Origin: an uncultured Acidobacteriota bacterium | GTDB taxonomy: Bacteria; Acidobacteriota; Terriglobia; UBA7540 | Length of the DNA stretch: 47,978 nucleotides | Reading direction: 5' to 3' | Assembly: GCA_964613505.1 (NCBI GenBank) | Contig: CAZTHM010000001.1 | Location: 1-47,978, forward strand | In this document: positions 32,868 through 42,492 of the stretch, one piece after another | How positions within the stretch are numbered: the stretch's first letter is position 1 | Layout of the letters: each line of letters starts with the position of its first letter | Position numbers and translations under genes: made by a program | The notes under the pieces: model-generated | What the model saw: the letters and a program-made list of their open reading frames with translations, nothing else | The model's database searches: none | Told to the model about the DNA's origin: nothing

Positions 32868-34349
32868 ATGCCGCTGGACTACAAAACCTGCTCGCAAGCG
32901 CGGAAGACCCGGGATCCTCGGTTTGACGGGCGCATTTTCATCGGCGTCCTCAGCAGTGGTGTGTACTGCCGCACGATCTGTCCTGTGCCCACCGTCAAAG
33001 CTCGAAATGTACTTTACTTTGCCTCCGCCGCGGCCGCAGCGGAAGCTGGCTTCCGTCCTTGCCTCCGTTGCCGTCCGGAGGCTTCTCCAGGAACGCCCGC
33101 GTGGATGGGGACTTCCGCGACGGTTTCACGGGCCCTGCGTCTGATCAGCGAAAGCCCTTTGGAAGATGGCGGTGTGGATGCCCTGGCGAATCACCTGGGC
33201 GTCGGTTCCCGCCATCTCCGTCGCTTATTCCTGCAGCACCTGGGCGCCCCTCCCATGGCCGTGGCACACACCCGGCGATTGCATTTTGCGAAAAAGCTGA
33301 TCGACGAAACTTCGCTGCCTATGAACCAGGTAGCAATTGCTGCTGGTTTCGGCAGCGTTCGCCGCTTCAACGCCAACATCCGCAAGGTTTACCATCGTAC
33401 GCCGACCCAAATCCGAAAACTCGCCCATCGCCTGGAAGTGGAGCCGGAGAATGAATATGTGTTCCGACTCCGCTTCCGCCCTCCACTTGACTGGGACGGA
33501 ATGTTGGCGTTCTTGGCGCCCCGCGCTACACCGGGCGTCGAAGTCGTGGAGCAGGGTTGCTATCGGCGCACCATTTCACTGCACGGGTTGGCTGGCCATG
33601 TCCAGGCTTCGCTTGAAAAATCCAGCCGCGCAATTGCCGTTCGTATCCGTTTCCCTGACCCTCGCTGGCTTTTCCTGATCGTTGAGCGCGTGCGCCACAT
33701 GTTCGACCTCAATGCAGACCCATTCGAAATTGCAGCGCAACTACGTTCCGATCCTTTTTTGGCAAAGCGGCTCACAACCAAGGCCGGGGTGCGAGTGCCA
33801 GGCTGCTGGGACGGTTTTGAACTTGCGGTGCGCGCGGTACTCGGACAGCAGGTTACTGTAAAGGGCGCGACTACCCTGGCCGGACGGTTGGTGCAAGAAT
33901 TCGGGACGCCTGTGACCGCAAGCCACGGCCTCACGCACCTCTTCCCGTCGCCAAGAGTCTTATCTGACGCAAATCTTGTCAGCATTGGTTTGCCAGGTGC
34001 CAGGGCGGAATCAATACGAGCGCTTGCGCGCGCGGTATTCGACGGCCATATCTCATTCACAGGCGTAGCAGTTGTGGGCACATTTCTTGCCCGGTTTCGG
34101 GAATTGCCGGGAATTGGCGATTGGACAGCAAAATACGTCGCTATGCGTGCGTTCGGCGATCCCGACGCGTTTCCGAGTGGCGATCGCATCCTCCGCCGTT
34201 TGGCCGGCGATTGTACAGCGCGCGAGCTCGATTTGAGATCCGAGGTGTGGCGCCCGTGGCGTGCCTACGCCGTGATGTTGCTCTGGCAGAGGGCGGACGA
34301 GACCGCGAACCGTGCGACTCGGCGGCCAGGGCGAGCCTCACGGAAATAG
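32868..34349 (+). CDS. alkA: AdaA-AlkA fusion: Ada Zn methyl-sensor + AraC HTH + AlkA N-domain + HhH-GPD DNA-3-methyladenine glycosylase II
   Basis: MPLDYKTC..RDPRFDGRIFIGV..GVYCRTICP..FRPCLRCRPE (Cys4). AraC HTH. C-terminal ..LPGIGDWTAKYVAMRAFGDPDAFPSGD HhH-GPD with catalytic Asp. Architecture as in mycobacterial Ada-AlkA. Confidence 0.9.
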   Translation: MPLDYKTCSQARKTRDPRFDGRIFIGVLSSGVYCRTICPVPTVKARNVLYFASAAAAAEAGFRPCLRCRPEASPGTPAWMGTSATVSRALRLISESPLEDGGVDALANHLGVGSRHLRRLFLQHLGAPPMAVAHTRRLHFAKKLIDETSLPMNQVAIAAGFGSVRRFNANIRKVYHRTPTQIRKLAHRLEVEPENEYVFRLRFRPPLDWDGMLAFLAPRATPGVEVVEQGCYRRTISLHGLAGHVQASLEKSSRAIAVRIRFPDPRWLFLIVERVRHMFDLNADPFEIAAQLRSDPFLAKRLTTKAGVRVPGCWDGFELAVRAVLGQQVTVKGATTLAGRLVQEFGTPVTASHGLTHLFPSPRVLSDANLVSIGLPGARAESIRALARAVFDGHISFTGVAVVGTFLARFRELPGIGDWTAKYVAMRAFGDPDAFPSGDRILRRLAGDCTARELDLRSEVWRPWRAYAVMLLWQRADETANRATRRPGRASRK

Positions 34350-34374
34350 TCGGCAACGTCATTGGAGGAACGGT

Positions 34375-34887
34375 ATGTGCAGCCGAATGGTGGTTCGAAG
34401 CCTCATATTGGCGCTGGCCGCGGCGCTGATCTGGCTGGCTCTCGGGGCCGAGCGCCGAATATCGAAGGCCCAACAACAGGAGCGGACCTCCACAGGCCGA
34501 GGTGAAAGCGCTGAAGTGAGTCGGGTCGTCGAGATTCGTTCGTACAACCTCAAGGCAGGAACGCGGGAGCGCTTTCATCAGCTATTTGAACGGGAAGCAT
34601 TGCCGATGCTGCAACGCTGGAAAGTCGATGTGGTGGCGTACGGTGCATCGCTCCACGACCGCGATTCCTACTACTTGATGCGCTCCTATTCCAGTGAAGA
34701 GGACCGGCAACGGAGCGAGGACGCGTTCTACGGAAGCGATGAGTGGCGGCAGGGGCCGCGCGAGCCCATTCTTGCCTGCATCGAAAGCTACACGACGGTT
34801 GTCCTGCGACTCGATGACGCAACACTTCGAGGTCTTCGCGCAACGGGTCAGGCGGGTACGTCTCAGCGCGCGGCGCCCCGGAGGTGA
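34375..34887 (+). CDS. NIPSNAP-family protein with N-terminal signal/anchor
   Basis: ATG at 34375 with a GGAGGA RBS. VVEIRSYNLKAGTRERFHQLFEREALPMLQRW. Confidence 0.8.
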   Translation: MCSRMVVRSLILALAAALIWLALGAERRISKAQQQERTSTGRGESAEVSRVVEIRSYNLKAGTRERFHQLFEREALPMLQRWKVDVVAYGASLHDRDSYYLMRSYSSEEDRQRSEDAFYGSDEWRQGPREPILACIESYTTVVLRLDDATLRGLRATGQAGTSQRAAPRR

Positions 34888-35351
34888 GCAAGGCGATGAG
34901 GGATGTGGCTGCAAGAAACGGCAAGTGGCTGCCCAAGCTGGCGAAGGCGCAGTGGGCGGCGACGCTCTTGTGGAAGCGCGTGCGCCTTCCAGTGGTGTGG
35001 TTGCTGGGGCTCTACTTTGCCACCCTGTACATCAGGATGGGGTGGATCAAGTTTGACCCGGACGGCTTCTTCACCAGGGCGTTCGCGCGTTGGGGGTATC
35101 CAGAGTGGTTGCGCCTGGGTGTCGGGTGCATCGAAGTCACCGGCGGGGCGATGTTGATCGTTCCTTGGACGGCGACACTGGGCGCTCTGGCTATCGCGTG
35201 TGTCATGGTCGGGGCGTGGATCACGTGGTACGTCAATGGGCACTATGTCAACGTGGCGTGGATATCGTTCTACCTTTTCTCTCTCTTGTGGATCGCCTAT
35301 GAGTGGCGCGCGTTCAGGTTTTGGAAGCTGGGATCGCGCAACAAGCAGTGA
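34884..35351 (+). CDS. DoxX-family membrane protein
   Basis: Four hydrophobic helices. GCIEVTGGAMLIVPW is DoxX-like. GTGA overlap start, or ATG at 34896. Confidence 0.78.
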   Translation: MSKAMRDVAARNGKWLPKLAKAQWAATLLWKRVRLPVVWLLGLYFATLYIRMGWIKFDPDGFFTRAFARWGYPEWLRLGVGCIEVTGGAMLIVPWTATLGALAIACVMVGAWITWYVNGHYVNVAWISFYLFSLLWIAYEWRAFRFWKLGSRNKQ

Positions 35352-35369
35352 ATGATGAAGGAGCTAACC

Positions 35370-35852
35370 ATGATCAAGAACATTCGATCTGGATTTGCGA
35401 TAGCTGGAACTCTTCTGCTGGTGACCTTCGTTTTTCTGTTCTTCTCGGCCGCAGGGGCACTTTCGAGCGCGGAGGGGTCAATGAGCAAGGACGAAGTACT
35501 CCTCCGCCAGCTCAATGACCAATATGTTGAGGCCTTTCTGAAGGCTGACGTGGGTTGGTATCAAAAGCATCTTGCTGACGACTTTGTGTGCATCGAATCG
35601 AGCGGCGCGGTCCTCAACAAACAGGAATTTCTGCGCGACACTGCTGAAGGGCCCAATGTTGCAGATTACAAACTCGTCCAAGTGCAGGTGCGAATCTACG
35701 GAAACGTGGCCCTGGTGCAGGCCACAGGGGCGTTCACACGGAAGGACGGCTCCACCGGCAAGAGCCGCTACACTGACGTCTATGTTCGAAATGGGAAAGA
35801 ATGGAAGGCGGTTTCCGCGCAAATTACGCGCGTCCAAAGCGCAGGCCGCTGA
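35370..35852 (+). CDS. DUF4440/NTF2-like protein with signal anchor
   Basis: ATG at 35370 with GAAGGAG 7 nt upstream. LNDQYVEAFLKADVGWYQKHLADDFVCIESSG. Confidence 0.85.
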   Translation: MIKNIRSGFAIAGTLLLVTFVFLFFSAAGALSSAEGSMSKDEVLLRQLNDQYVEAFLKADVGWYQKHLADDFVCIESSGAVLNKQEFLRDTAEGPNVADYKLVQVQVRIYGNVALVQATGAFTRKDGSTGKSRYTDVYVRNGKEWKAVSAQITRVQSAGR

Positions 35853-36778
35853 TGGAGAACGACGGGATGCGCCGGACAAAAATCCGTTTGCTCTTGACGT
35901 CATTGCTTTGTCTACCTGCTGGAGGCGTGTTCGGCCAGTCGAAAGCGAGCGGGCCGATCACTGAAGGCTATACGAAGACAAGCTCCGGGATACGCATACA
36001 CTATCTTCAGTCAGGTCAGAGCACATCGACACGTGCATTGGTGTTGATTCCTGGCTGGCGATTACCTGCCTATTTGTGGAATGAACAGCTAAGGATCTTG
36101 TCGCGAACGACTCGCGTCATCGCTATTGACCCTCGCTCCCAAGGAGAGTCCACCAAAACCTCAGAAGGTAACACCCCAGAGGTTCGTGCCAGAGACTTGC
36201 ACGACGTTCTTAGCAACCTCGGCGTATCGCGTTCCGTGTTGGTTGGCTGGTCGCAGGGCGCACAGGATGTAGCAGCGTATCTTCAGCAGTTCGGAACTGA
36301 TTCTGTCGCCGGTGTGGTTTTCGTCGATAGCCCTGTTATGGCTGGCCCCGCGGAACTTGAGATTCACAGGGAATTCGCCAGAGCTATCCTCACGGGCCTA
36401 TCCATGTACGCCAGCCACCCCGAGGAATACTCGGAGGGAATGATGCGTTCTCTATTCAAGAAACCCCACCCCGACCTAGATGTCCAGAGGATTGTGAAAT
36501 CGACGTTACAGACCCCCACCGATACTGGGATCGCTATGTTGATGATGGACATATTTGGTGCTGATCGCCGTCCAGCCTTGACAAAACTAAACAAGCCGGC
36601 GCTCGTGATTGCTTCTTCGGCATCTCCGTTATTGGATGTGCAGAAAGAGATGGCCTCAACCATACCCGGATCAAAGTTTCTTGCTATCGAAGGAACTGGG
36701 CACGCCGTCTTCATCGATGAGCCGGAGAAGTTTGCTGATGCGTTGCAAACATTCGTTCAGTCGCTAACTCATTGGTAG
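35852..36778 (+). CDS. Secreted alpha/beta-hydrolase
   Basis: Signal peptide. Nucleophile elbow GWSQG. HAVFIDEP near the C-terminus. Start at 35852 (TGATG overlap) or 35867. Confidence 0.88.
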   Translation: MENDGMRRTKIRLLLTSLLCLPAGGVFGQSKASGPITEGYTKTSSGIRIHYLQSGQSTSTRALVLIPGWRLPAYLWNEQLRILSRTTRVIAIDPRSQGESTKTSEGNTPEVRARDLHDVLSNLGVSRSVLVGWSQGAQDVAAYLQQFGTDSVAGVVFVDSPVMAGPAELEIHREFARAILTGLSMYASHPEEYSEGMMRSLFKKPHPDLDVQRIVKSTLQTPTDTGIAMLMMDIFGADRRPALTKLNKPALVIASSASPLLDVQKEMASTIPGSKFLAIEGTGHAVFIDEPEKFADALQTFVQSLTHW

Positions 36779-37324
36779 TGTGAAAGCCAAAGTACTCTGC
36801 AATGCTCTTGCCTCAGGAGCCCGCTTCCATGATGATCCGGCTCATTCCCACCGACAGTGACTCTAAGGCACTGATACGCTCCGCGCTGTCTCTGTCGCTT
36901 TTCGCAATCTCGATCTTGGCGGTGCAGGCATATATGAAGGCCATCTGTTCCGGTCTAGTAGTTCATTGTTGAAACAAAAGGGTGTCATCCGGATCAAACG
37001 AGCAGGCCAGCCGCCCCAGGTGGAAACCATAGCGACGGTTCCTGGAATGGCTGGCGCGGGCCAAATCTCCAAAAACTAGAAAGACTATGATATTCGGAAA
37101 GAACAAGGTGCGAACTCCTTAGTTCCTCAGGTGATGTGAGCTCACGGCAGTTTATCAGGCCGAGTATCTTCCTTATCTTCAGCAAGCTCCCCAGTGAGTC
37201 ACCCATTTTCATCATTTTAGAATTTGCTGACCGGCATGGGCATGAGGCCTGCAAAAGTCAGGTGCGAGTGAAGCCGGGTCATCGGGTGATCTCAAAAATC
37301 CTAGGGAAATTGAAGGAGAAGACA

Positions 37325-40300
37325 GTGCGATCAAAATTCATTCTCGTTTTGCTGTTTGGGTTGGCGCTGCTGTTTCCGGCAGCGTCGATTGCACAGCAAC
37401 TTAGCAGGGGCTCGATTCAAGGTACCGTGCTGGACAGCACGGGGGCCGTGGTTCCGGGCGCCAAGGTCAGCCTGATCGGTGATTTTGGCAGCAAGGAAGC
37501 CACCACAGAAGCCGAGGGGACGTTTAAGTTCCTCGGCCTGGAAACGGGCAAGTACACAGTGAAGGTCGAAAAGAGCGGGTTCAAGGTGGCCGAGGCGAAG
37601 GATTTGAACATTCGCCTGAACGAACGCGCCGCCGTGAGCATCACGCTCGAGCTGGGCGCGGTCAGCTCCACCGTGGAAGTGACCGACGTACTGGTGGGCA
37701 TCGACCCGACCACCACCACCTCGGGTGGTTCGGTAACCTCTAACCTTTTCCAGAACGCACCGGTGGGCCGCAACATTACGGAAATCCCCTACCTGGTGGC
37801 TGGCGTGAACGATTCACTGGGCGTGGGGATGGCCAATCCATCCATCTCCGGCGGCAGCGGCTTGGAAAATCTATACGTAGTGAACGGCGTGAACATCACC
37901 AACGCAGGCTACGGCGCCATTGGCACGTATTCCAACGTGTTCGGTTCGCTGGGCAGCGGCGTGCAGTTCGACTTCGTGAAGGAAGTCCAAGTGAAGACCT
38001 CGGGCTTCGAAGCGCAGTACGGACAGGCGCTGGGCGGCGTGGTGAACATGATCACCAAGTCGGGCGGCAACACCATGCACGGCGGCGGGTATTTCTACCT
38101 GTCCCCGAGCGCGTTTGAAGCCACCCGCAAGCAGCCCAACCTGGAGCGTTTCAACAAGGGCACCGAAAACCTTGGCCTGACCAACTATGACCTGGGCGGC
38201 GACATCGGCGGCGCGCTGGTGAAGGACCGCGTGTTCTGGTACGGCGGCTACAACGCCGTGTGGACGCGCAACACCCTTCATGGCCCGGCCAACTTCCTGG
38301 CCGCGGCACTGGGCAATACCGACCAGAAGGTCATGTTCAACAACTACTCGGCAAAGTTGAACGTGAACCTCGACAAGGCCAGCAAGCACCAGGCCGAGTT
38401 CTCGATCTTCGGCGACCCGGCAAGTAACGATTTCGGGCCGAACCGCGGCTTGGTCAGTGACTTCCCGGACCGGCGCTACAGCAAGCTGGAGTACGGCTCA
38501 CGGAACTGGACCATCCGCTACAACGGGGCGTTTACGAATTCTTGGCTGGTGAACGGCAGCTTCAACTGGGCACACAACAAATTCGCCGAATCCGGCTTCC
38601 CGGACATTTACGGCACAGAAGACCGGACCGAAGCCACGCCGGGCGCAGTGAACCCGGTGGGTGACGGCCAACCAACCCCCGGCACCAGCCGCGGGATCAG
38701 TCAGATCGGCGGCATCGGATTCTTTGAAAATAATATCGGTGACAACAAGCAGTACTCCTTCAACGGCACCAACATCTTCCGCGCGATGGGCGGGCACCAG
38801 GTAGACTACGGCCTCCAAATAGAAGACGTGGACTACGACTGGTTCCACCGCCGCAGTGGTCCGGATTGGCAACTGCCTTGCACGACCTTTGCCGGAGCCA
38901 ACGTACAGTTCATTAATGGCCTCGGCCCGGCGGCTCCGCATTGCGGACTCACCGCGTTCGGTGCCACCCTGCGTCTGCGCCTCGGCGGCCCTTCAGGCTA
39001 CCGTTTGCAACAGACCCGCGGCGCTTTCACCGGCGCAACCGGCCACACCCATACCCGTTACGGGGCGGCCTATCTCCAGGATGCCTGGAGCCTCAACAAG
39101 TACATCACCCTGAAACTGGGCGTTCGCTGGGAACAGCAGCACCTGCAGGGTGAGGACCTGGGCTACACGTTCGCAGGCAACTGGTCTCCGCGCGTGGGCA
39201 TCATTGTTGACCCTTGGGGCGACCGCAAGACGAAGATGTTCTTCAACTTCGGCCGCTTCTTTGAGAAGGTTCCGCAGGACCTGGCGGTACGTTCCCTCTC
39301 GGACGAACAGCAGTACGTAAGCTTCATCTTTGCGGTGACCAACCCGACTTCGGCCAACCCGCTGTTCAACTCGGCGGTGAATCCGACGGCAGGTTGCTCG
39401 GCCACCGACACACTCGCAGCGTGCTTGAGCAATCCTGCCAACTGGATCCTCAACGCGGCGCACAACACCACGACGGCCCCGGGTTTCTCGGGCGGCGTGA
39501 CCAACTTCCAGGCCGGCACCAAGGCTCAGTATCAGGATGAGTATGCCTTTGGCGTCGAGCACGAATTCCGCGGCGGCATCATCGTCAGCGGACGCTACAT
39601 CGACCGCCAGATCCAACGCGTGGTGGAAGACACTGCGGCGCTGACCGTTGGCGCCGCCATCCTGGGTGTGGACTGGAACGGCAACCCGATTTTCCAGAAC
39701 TTCGTGATTGCCAACCCGTCCCGCACACTGGACGTCTCCCACAACACGCTGTGCAGCGCGAACGGCATCACCGTCAACCCCAACGATGATCCCACCCAGG
39801 AAGACACCGACCCGAACTCAGCGAACTTCGCCATCGGTTGCCTGACTTCGGCCGCTGGCTCACCGGTTGGTTCCGGGTACTTCCCGGGTTCCGGTCTGCC
39901 GGGCTCGGATGGTTTGCCGGATGGTTTCCCGAACCCGGTTCGTCACTACCGCGCGTTCGAGCTCTCGGTCGAGAAGCGGTTCACCAAGAACTGGCAGATG
40001 CTGGCCAACTGGCGTGTTGCCAAGTTGGAAGGTAACTACGAAGGTCTGTTCCGCAACGACAACGGCCAGACCGACCCCAACATCAGCTCGCTGCTGGACT
40101 TCCCGTTCAGCACCTCGCTGGGTGACCAGTTCTCGGTGGGCGTGCTGCCCACCGACCGCCGGCACATCGGCAACATCTACACCAGCTACCTGTTCAACAA
40201 CGGCTTCAACTTCGGCGCTGGCTTCCGTGTGCAGTCCGGCTACCCGATTGACAAGCTCGGCGCCCACCCGGCGTACCTGAACCAGGGTGAGGTTCCGATC

Positions 40301-40588
40301 GGAGGCCGTGGTTCGCAGGGCCGCACTCCCGTAACGGGCACCATTGACCTCCACGGCGACTACACCTGGAAAATGTCGGACAAGTACCGCATGAAGTTCG
40401 TGGCCGACGTCTTCAACTTGTGGGATGCCCGCCGCCTGAACCGCATCGATCGCTTCAACGATACCGGGTTCCTCTCCGGCGTTACCCCGCCGATTCAGCA
40501 GAACCCGGACTTCCTGAAGCCGACCGCTGCAGCGAACGCTTATCAGCGTCCGTTCTCCATGCGGCTCGCCGTGCGGCTGGAGTTCTAA
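37325..40588 (+). CDS. TonB-dependent outer-membrane receptor with N-terminal carboxypeptidase-regulatory-like (Cna-B type) domain
   Basis: GTG at 37325 with GAAGGAG 7 nt upstream. Signal peptide ..LFPAASIAQQ. GSIQGTVLDSTGAVVPGAKVSL. Plug and barrel regions. C-terminal ..AVRLEF aromatic terminus. Confidence 0.9.
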   Translation: MRSKFILVLLFGLALLFPAASIAQQLSRGSIQGTVLDSTGAVVPGAKVSLIGDFGSKEATTEAEGTFKFLGLETGKYTVKVEKSGFKVAEAKDLNIRLNERAAVSITLELGAVSSTVEVTDVLVGIDPTTTTSGGSVTSNLFQNAPVGRNITEIPYLVAGVNDSLGVGMANPSISGGSGLENLYVVNGVNITNAGYGAIGTYSNVFGSLGSGVQFDFVKEVQVKTSGFEAQYGQALGGVVNMITKSGGNTMHGGGYFYLSPSAFEATRKQPNLERFNKGTENLGLTNYDLGGDIGGALVKDRVFWYGGYNAVWTRNTLHGPANFLAAALGNTDQKVMFNNYSAKLNVNLDKASKHQAEFSIFGDPASNDFGPNRGLVSDFPDRRYSKLEYGSRNWTIRYNGAFTNSWLVNGSFNWAHNKFAESGFPDIYGTEDRTEATPGAVNPVGDGQPTPGTSRGISQIGGIGFFENNIGDNKQYSFNGTNIFRAMGGHQVDYGLQIEDVDYDWFHRRSGPDWQLPCTTFAGANVQFINGLGPAAPHCGLTAFGATLRLRLGGPSGYRLQQTRGAFTGATGHTHTRYGAAYLQDAWSLNKYITLKLGVRWEQQHLQGEDLGYTFAGNWSPRVGIIVDPWGDRKTKMFFNFGRFFEKVPQDLAVRSLSDEQQYVSFIFAVTNPTSANPLFNSAVNPTAGCSATDTLAACLSNPANWILNAAHNTTTAPGFSGGVTNFQAGTKAQYQDEYAFGVEHEFRGGIIVSGRYIDRQIQRVVEDTAALTVGAAILGVDWNGNPIFQNFVIANPSRTLDVSHNTLCSANGITVNPNDDPTQEDTDPNSANFAIGCLTSAAGSPVGSGYFPGSGLPGSDGLPDGFPNPVRHYRAFELSVEKRFTKNWQMLANWRVAKLEGNYEGLFRNDNGQTDPNISSLLDFPFSTSLGDQFSVGVLPTDRRHIGNIYTSYLFNNGFNFGAGFRVQSGYPIDKLGAHPAYLNQGEVPIGGRGSQGRTPVTGTIDLHGDYTWKMSDKYRMKFVADVFNLWDARRLNRIDRFNDTGFLSGVTPPIQQNPDFLKPTAAANAYQRPFSMRLAVRLEF

Positions 40589-40638
40589 CCAACTCGAACG
40601 GTCGTCTATTAGGCGACACCCCCAGCGTTCGAAGCATG

Positions 40639-40676
40639 GGGAGGGGAGAAATCCCCTCCCGATTTCTATTTTTTCC
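40639..40676 (+). terminator. Rho-independent terminator after the TonB-dependent receptor
   Basis: GGGAGGGGA-GAAA-TCCCCTCCC (9-bp stem, GNRA loop) followed by GATTTCTATTTTTT. Confidence 0.75.
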
Positions 40677-40770
40677 AGAGTTCGACCGTTGCATTTATGT
40701 CCGCGCCGGTGGTTGGGTGATTCGCCGCGCAGTGAATGTCACTGGGAGATTCTACCCGGGCTGGTCGTCA

Positions 40771-41355
40771 ATGAAAACGCGATTCCTATTTTGCCTTTCG
40801 CTTCTGCTTCTCAGCGCCTTTAGCGCATCTGGACAACATGTAGTCAATGTTCCGAATGGCAGGCCAGTTCTGGTTGACGGCAAATGCGAAGCTGAAGAAT
40901 GGAATGATGCCGCCGAACTCTCGACCTCAAAGGACTACAAGCTGCTTTTCAAAAAGACCACTGACTATGTTTTCATCTGCGTGGCTCCGGTGAAAGAAGG
41001 CAATTTCATTGTAGATTTGTACTTGTCCGCCGCAGGCGGGAAACTGCACACACTCCACGTTTCTGCCAAATTGGGGGAGCGTGTGTTGGAAGGTGCTCAG
41101 TGGAAAGAATGGACCGTTGACTGGAACTGGTGGGAGGTGCGCGACTGGTGGGCTAACACCTTGCGGCTTGTCTCCTTCGAGAACCGTTCCATTTTACCTA
41201 GCAAGGCGATCGAGTTTCAGATCGGCCGCAAACGATTCGGCGGCAAACACTGGCGCGTAATGTTCGACTTTATTTCTGGAGGTTCGATCATTTTCCCAAC
41301 CGATGCCAGCAACCTGAAAAGCCAGACATGGTTGGATCTGGATTTGAGTCGCTGA
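40771..41355 (+). CDS. Secreted hypothetical protein (possibly CBM9/DOMON-like)
   Basis: ATG at 40771. Signal peptide MKTRFLFCLSLLLLSAFSASG. VLVDGKCEAEEWNDAAEL resembles the CBM9-type IDG..EW motif; this call is tentative. Confidence 0.68.
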   Translation: MKTRFLFCLSLLLLSAFSASGQHVVNVPNGRPVLVDGKCEAEEWNDAAELSTSKDYKLLFKKTTDYVFICVAPVKEGNFIVDLYLSAAGGKLHTLHVSAKLGERVLEGAQWKEWTVDWNWWEVRDWWANTLRLVSFENRSILPSKAIEFQIGRKRFGGKHWRVMFDFISGGSIIFPTDASNLKSQTWLDLDLSR

Positions 41356-41425
41356 GGGCTGAGGCCGAACGGAGCCAGCTATGGGAGGGCTAGTCTTGCG
41401 AAGAGAATCTGTTCGGGGTGCCCGG

Positions 41426-42409
41426 ATGAAACATCGTGCATGCCGGTGGTTGCTTGCCGGCCTTGTGTGCTTTTGTGCTTGCCGGCCGGTTCAGTCCCAG
41501 CAGCGTGAGGTTTCCGGTTTTGTGCGCTCCTCGGTCAACAACCAGCCCATCCTGGGCGCTACTGTGACGCTTTCCTCCGACGCCGGGGAAACAATCCAGC
41601 AGATGAGCCCGGAAGGCAGCGGTCATTTCGCCTTCAGTTTTCTTGTTCAGCAGGTGTACTACGTCACGGCCACGGCCCCCGGCCATCGCGAGCGCCGAGA
41701 ACGGGCCGACCTGTTCACGCAGATACGCGTCACGTTGCAGTTTTATTTGCAACCGGAAGAAAGAAGCTCACCACCCACCTCGCTTGAACCGAAGATTGAC
41801 CAGCGGCTGCTTCGCGTACCCGAGCCGGCGATGAAGGAATACAAGAAGGGCAACCTGCTCCTGCAGCAGCAGCACGATTCGAAAGCCAGCATCGAGCACT
41901 TCCGCAAGGCTATCCAGTTGTTTCCCGAATTTGCCGAGGCCTACCTGATGCTGGGCACCGCGTATATGGACCTGAATCAGTGGAAGGATGCTCAGGAAGC
42001 CCTGGAGAAAAGCCTGAAGCGCGACGAGAAGCTGGCCGCTGCGCATCTGGCTCTCGGGGCGTGCCGCGGAGCCCAGGGCGACTTGGCGGGCGCAGAAAAG
42101 TCGTTGTTGCGCGGCCTGGAGCTGAAAGACGATGCCGCCGAAGGTCACTGGGAGCTGGGAAAGGTGTACTGGGCCCAGAAACGTTTTGCAGATGCGGAGG
42201 CGCGCGCAAAGAAAGCCATCGAACTGCGGCCCACGCTGGCGCCTGCGCACCTGTTGATGGGCAACATTCTGCTCCAGAAGCGGGATGGTCAAGGGGCCCT
42301 GAAATCGTTCAACGAGTACCTGCGGCTGGATCCGGAAGGCCCCTTCGCAGCCACCACCCGGGATACCGTGGCCAAACTGGAAAAGATGCTGGCGGGCACT
42401 CCGCGGTAG
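41426..42409 (+). CDS. Secreted carboxypeptidase-regulatory-like domain + TPR repeat protein
   Basis: Start MKHRAC.. (41426). VSGFVRSSVNNQPILGATVTL, followed by about 5 TPR units. Confidence 0.85.
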   Translation: MKHRACRWLLAGLVCFCACRPVQSQQREVSGFVRSSVNNQPILGATVTLSSDAGETIQQMSPEGSGHFAFSFLVQQVYYVTATAPGHRERRERADLFTQIRVTLQFYLQPEERSSPPTSLEPKIDQRLLRVPEPAMKEYKKGNLLLQQQHDSKASIEHFRKAIQLFPEFAEAYLMLGTAYMDLNQWKDAQEALEKSLKRDEKLAAAHLALGACRGAQGDLAGAEKSLLRGLELKDDAAEGHWELGKVYWAQKRFADAEARAKKAIELRPTLAPAHLLMGNILLQKRDGQGALKSFNEYLRLDPEGPFAATTRDTVAKLEKMLAGTPR

Positions 42410-42492
42410 CTTGGGCTTCTAAGTTTTGGCAACACCTCCGCCATAAATCTTGCGCTTTCGGGAAATGTTGCATCATAGGAGAGGTGAAAAAC

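Noticed and set aside
41980-42492. N-terminal 171 codons of track ORF 41980..44562. Likewise 37136..37324 and 40420..40770 for the next genes upstream.
   Set aside because: These extensions overlap the preceding gene or an intergenic region. The real starts (42493, 37325, 40771) have an RBS and are followed by signal peptides.
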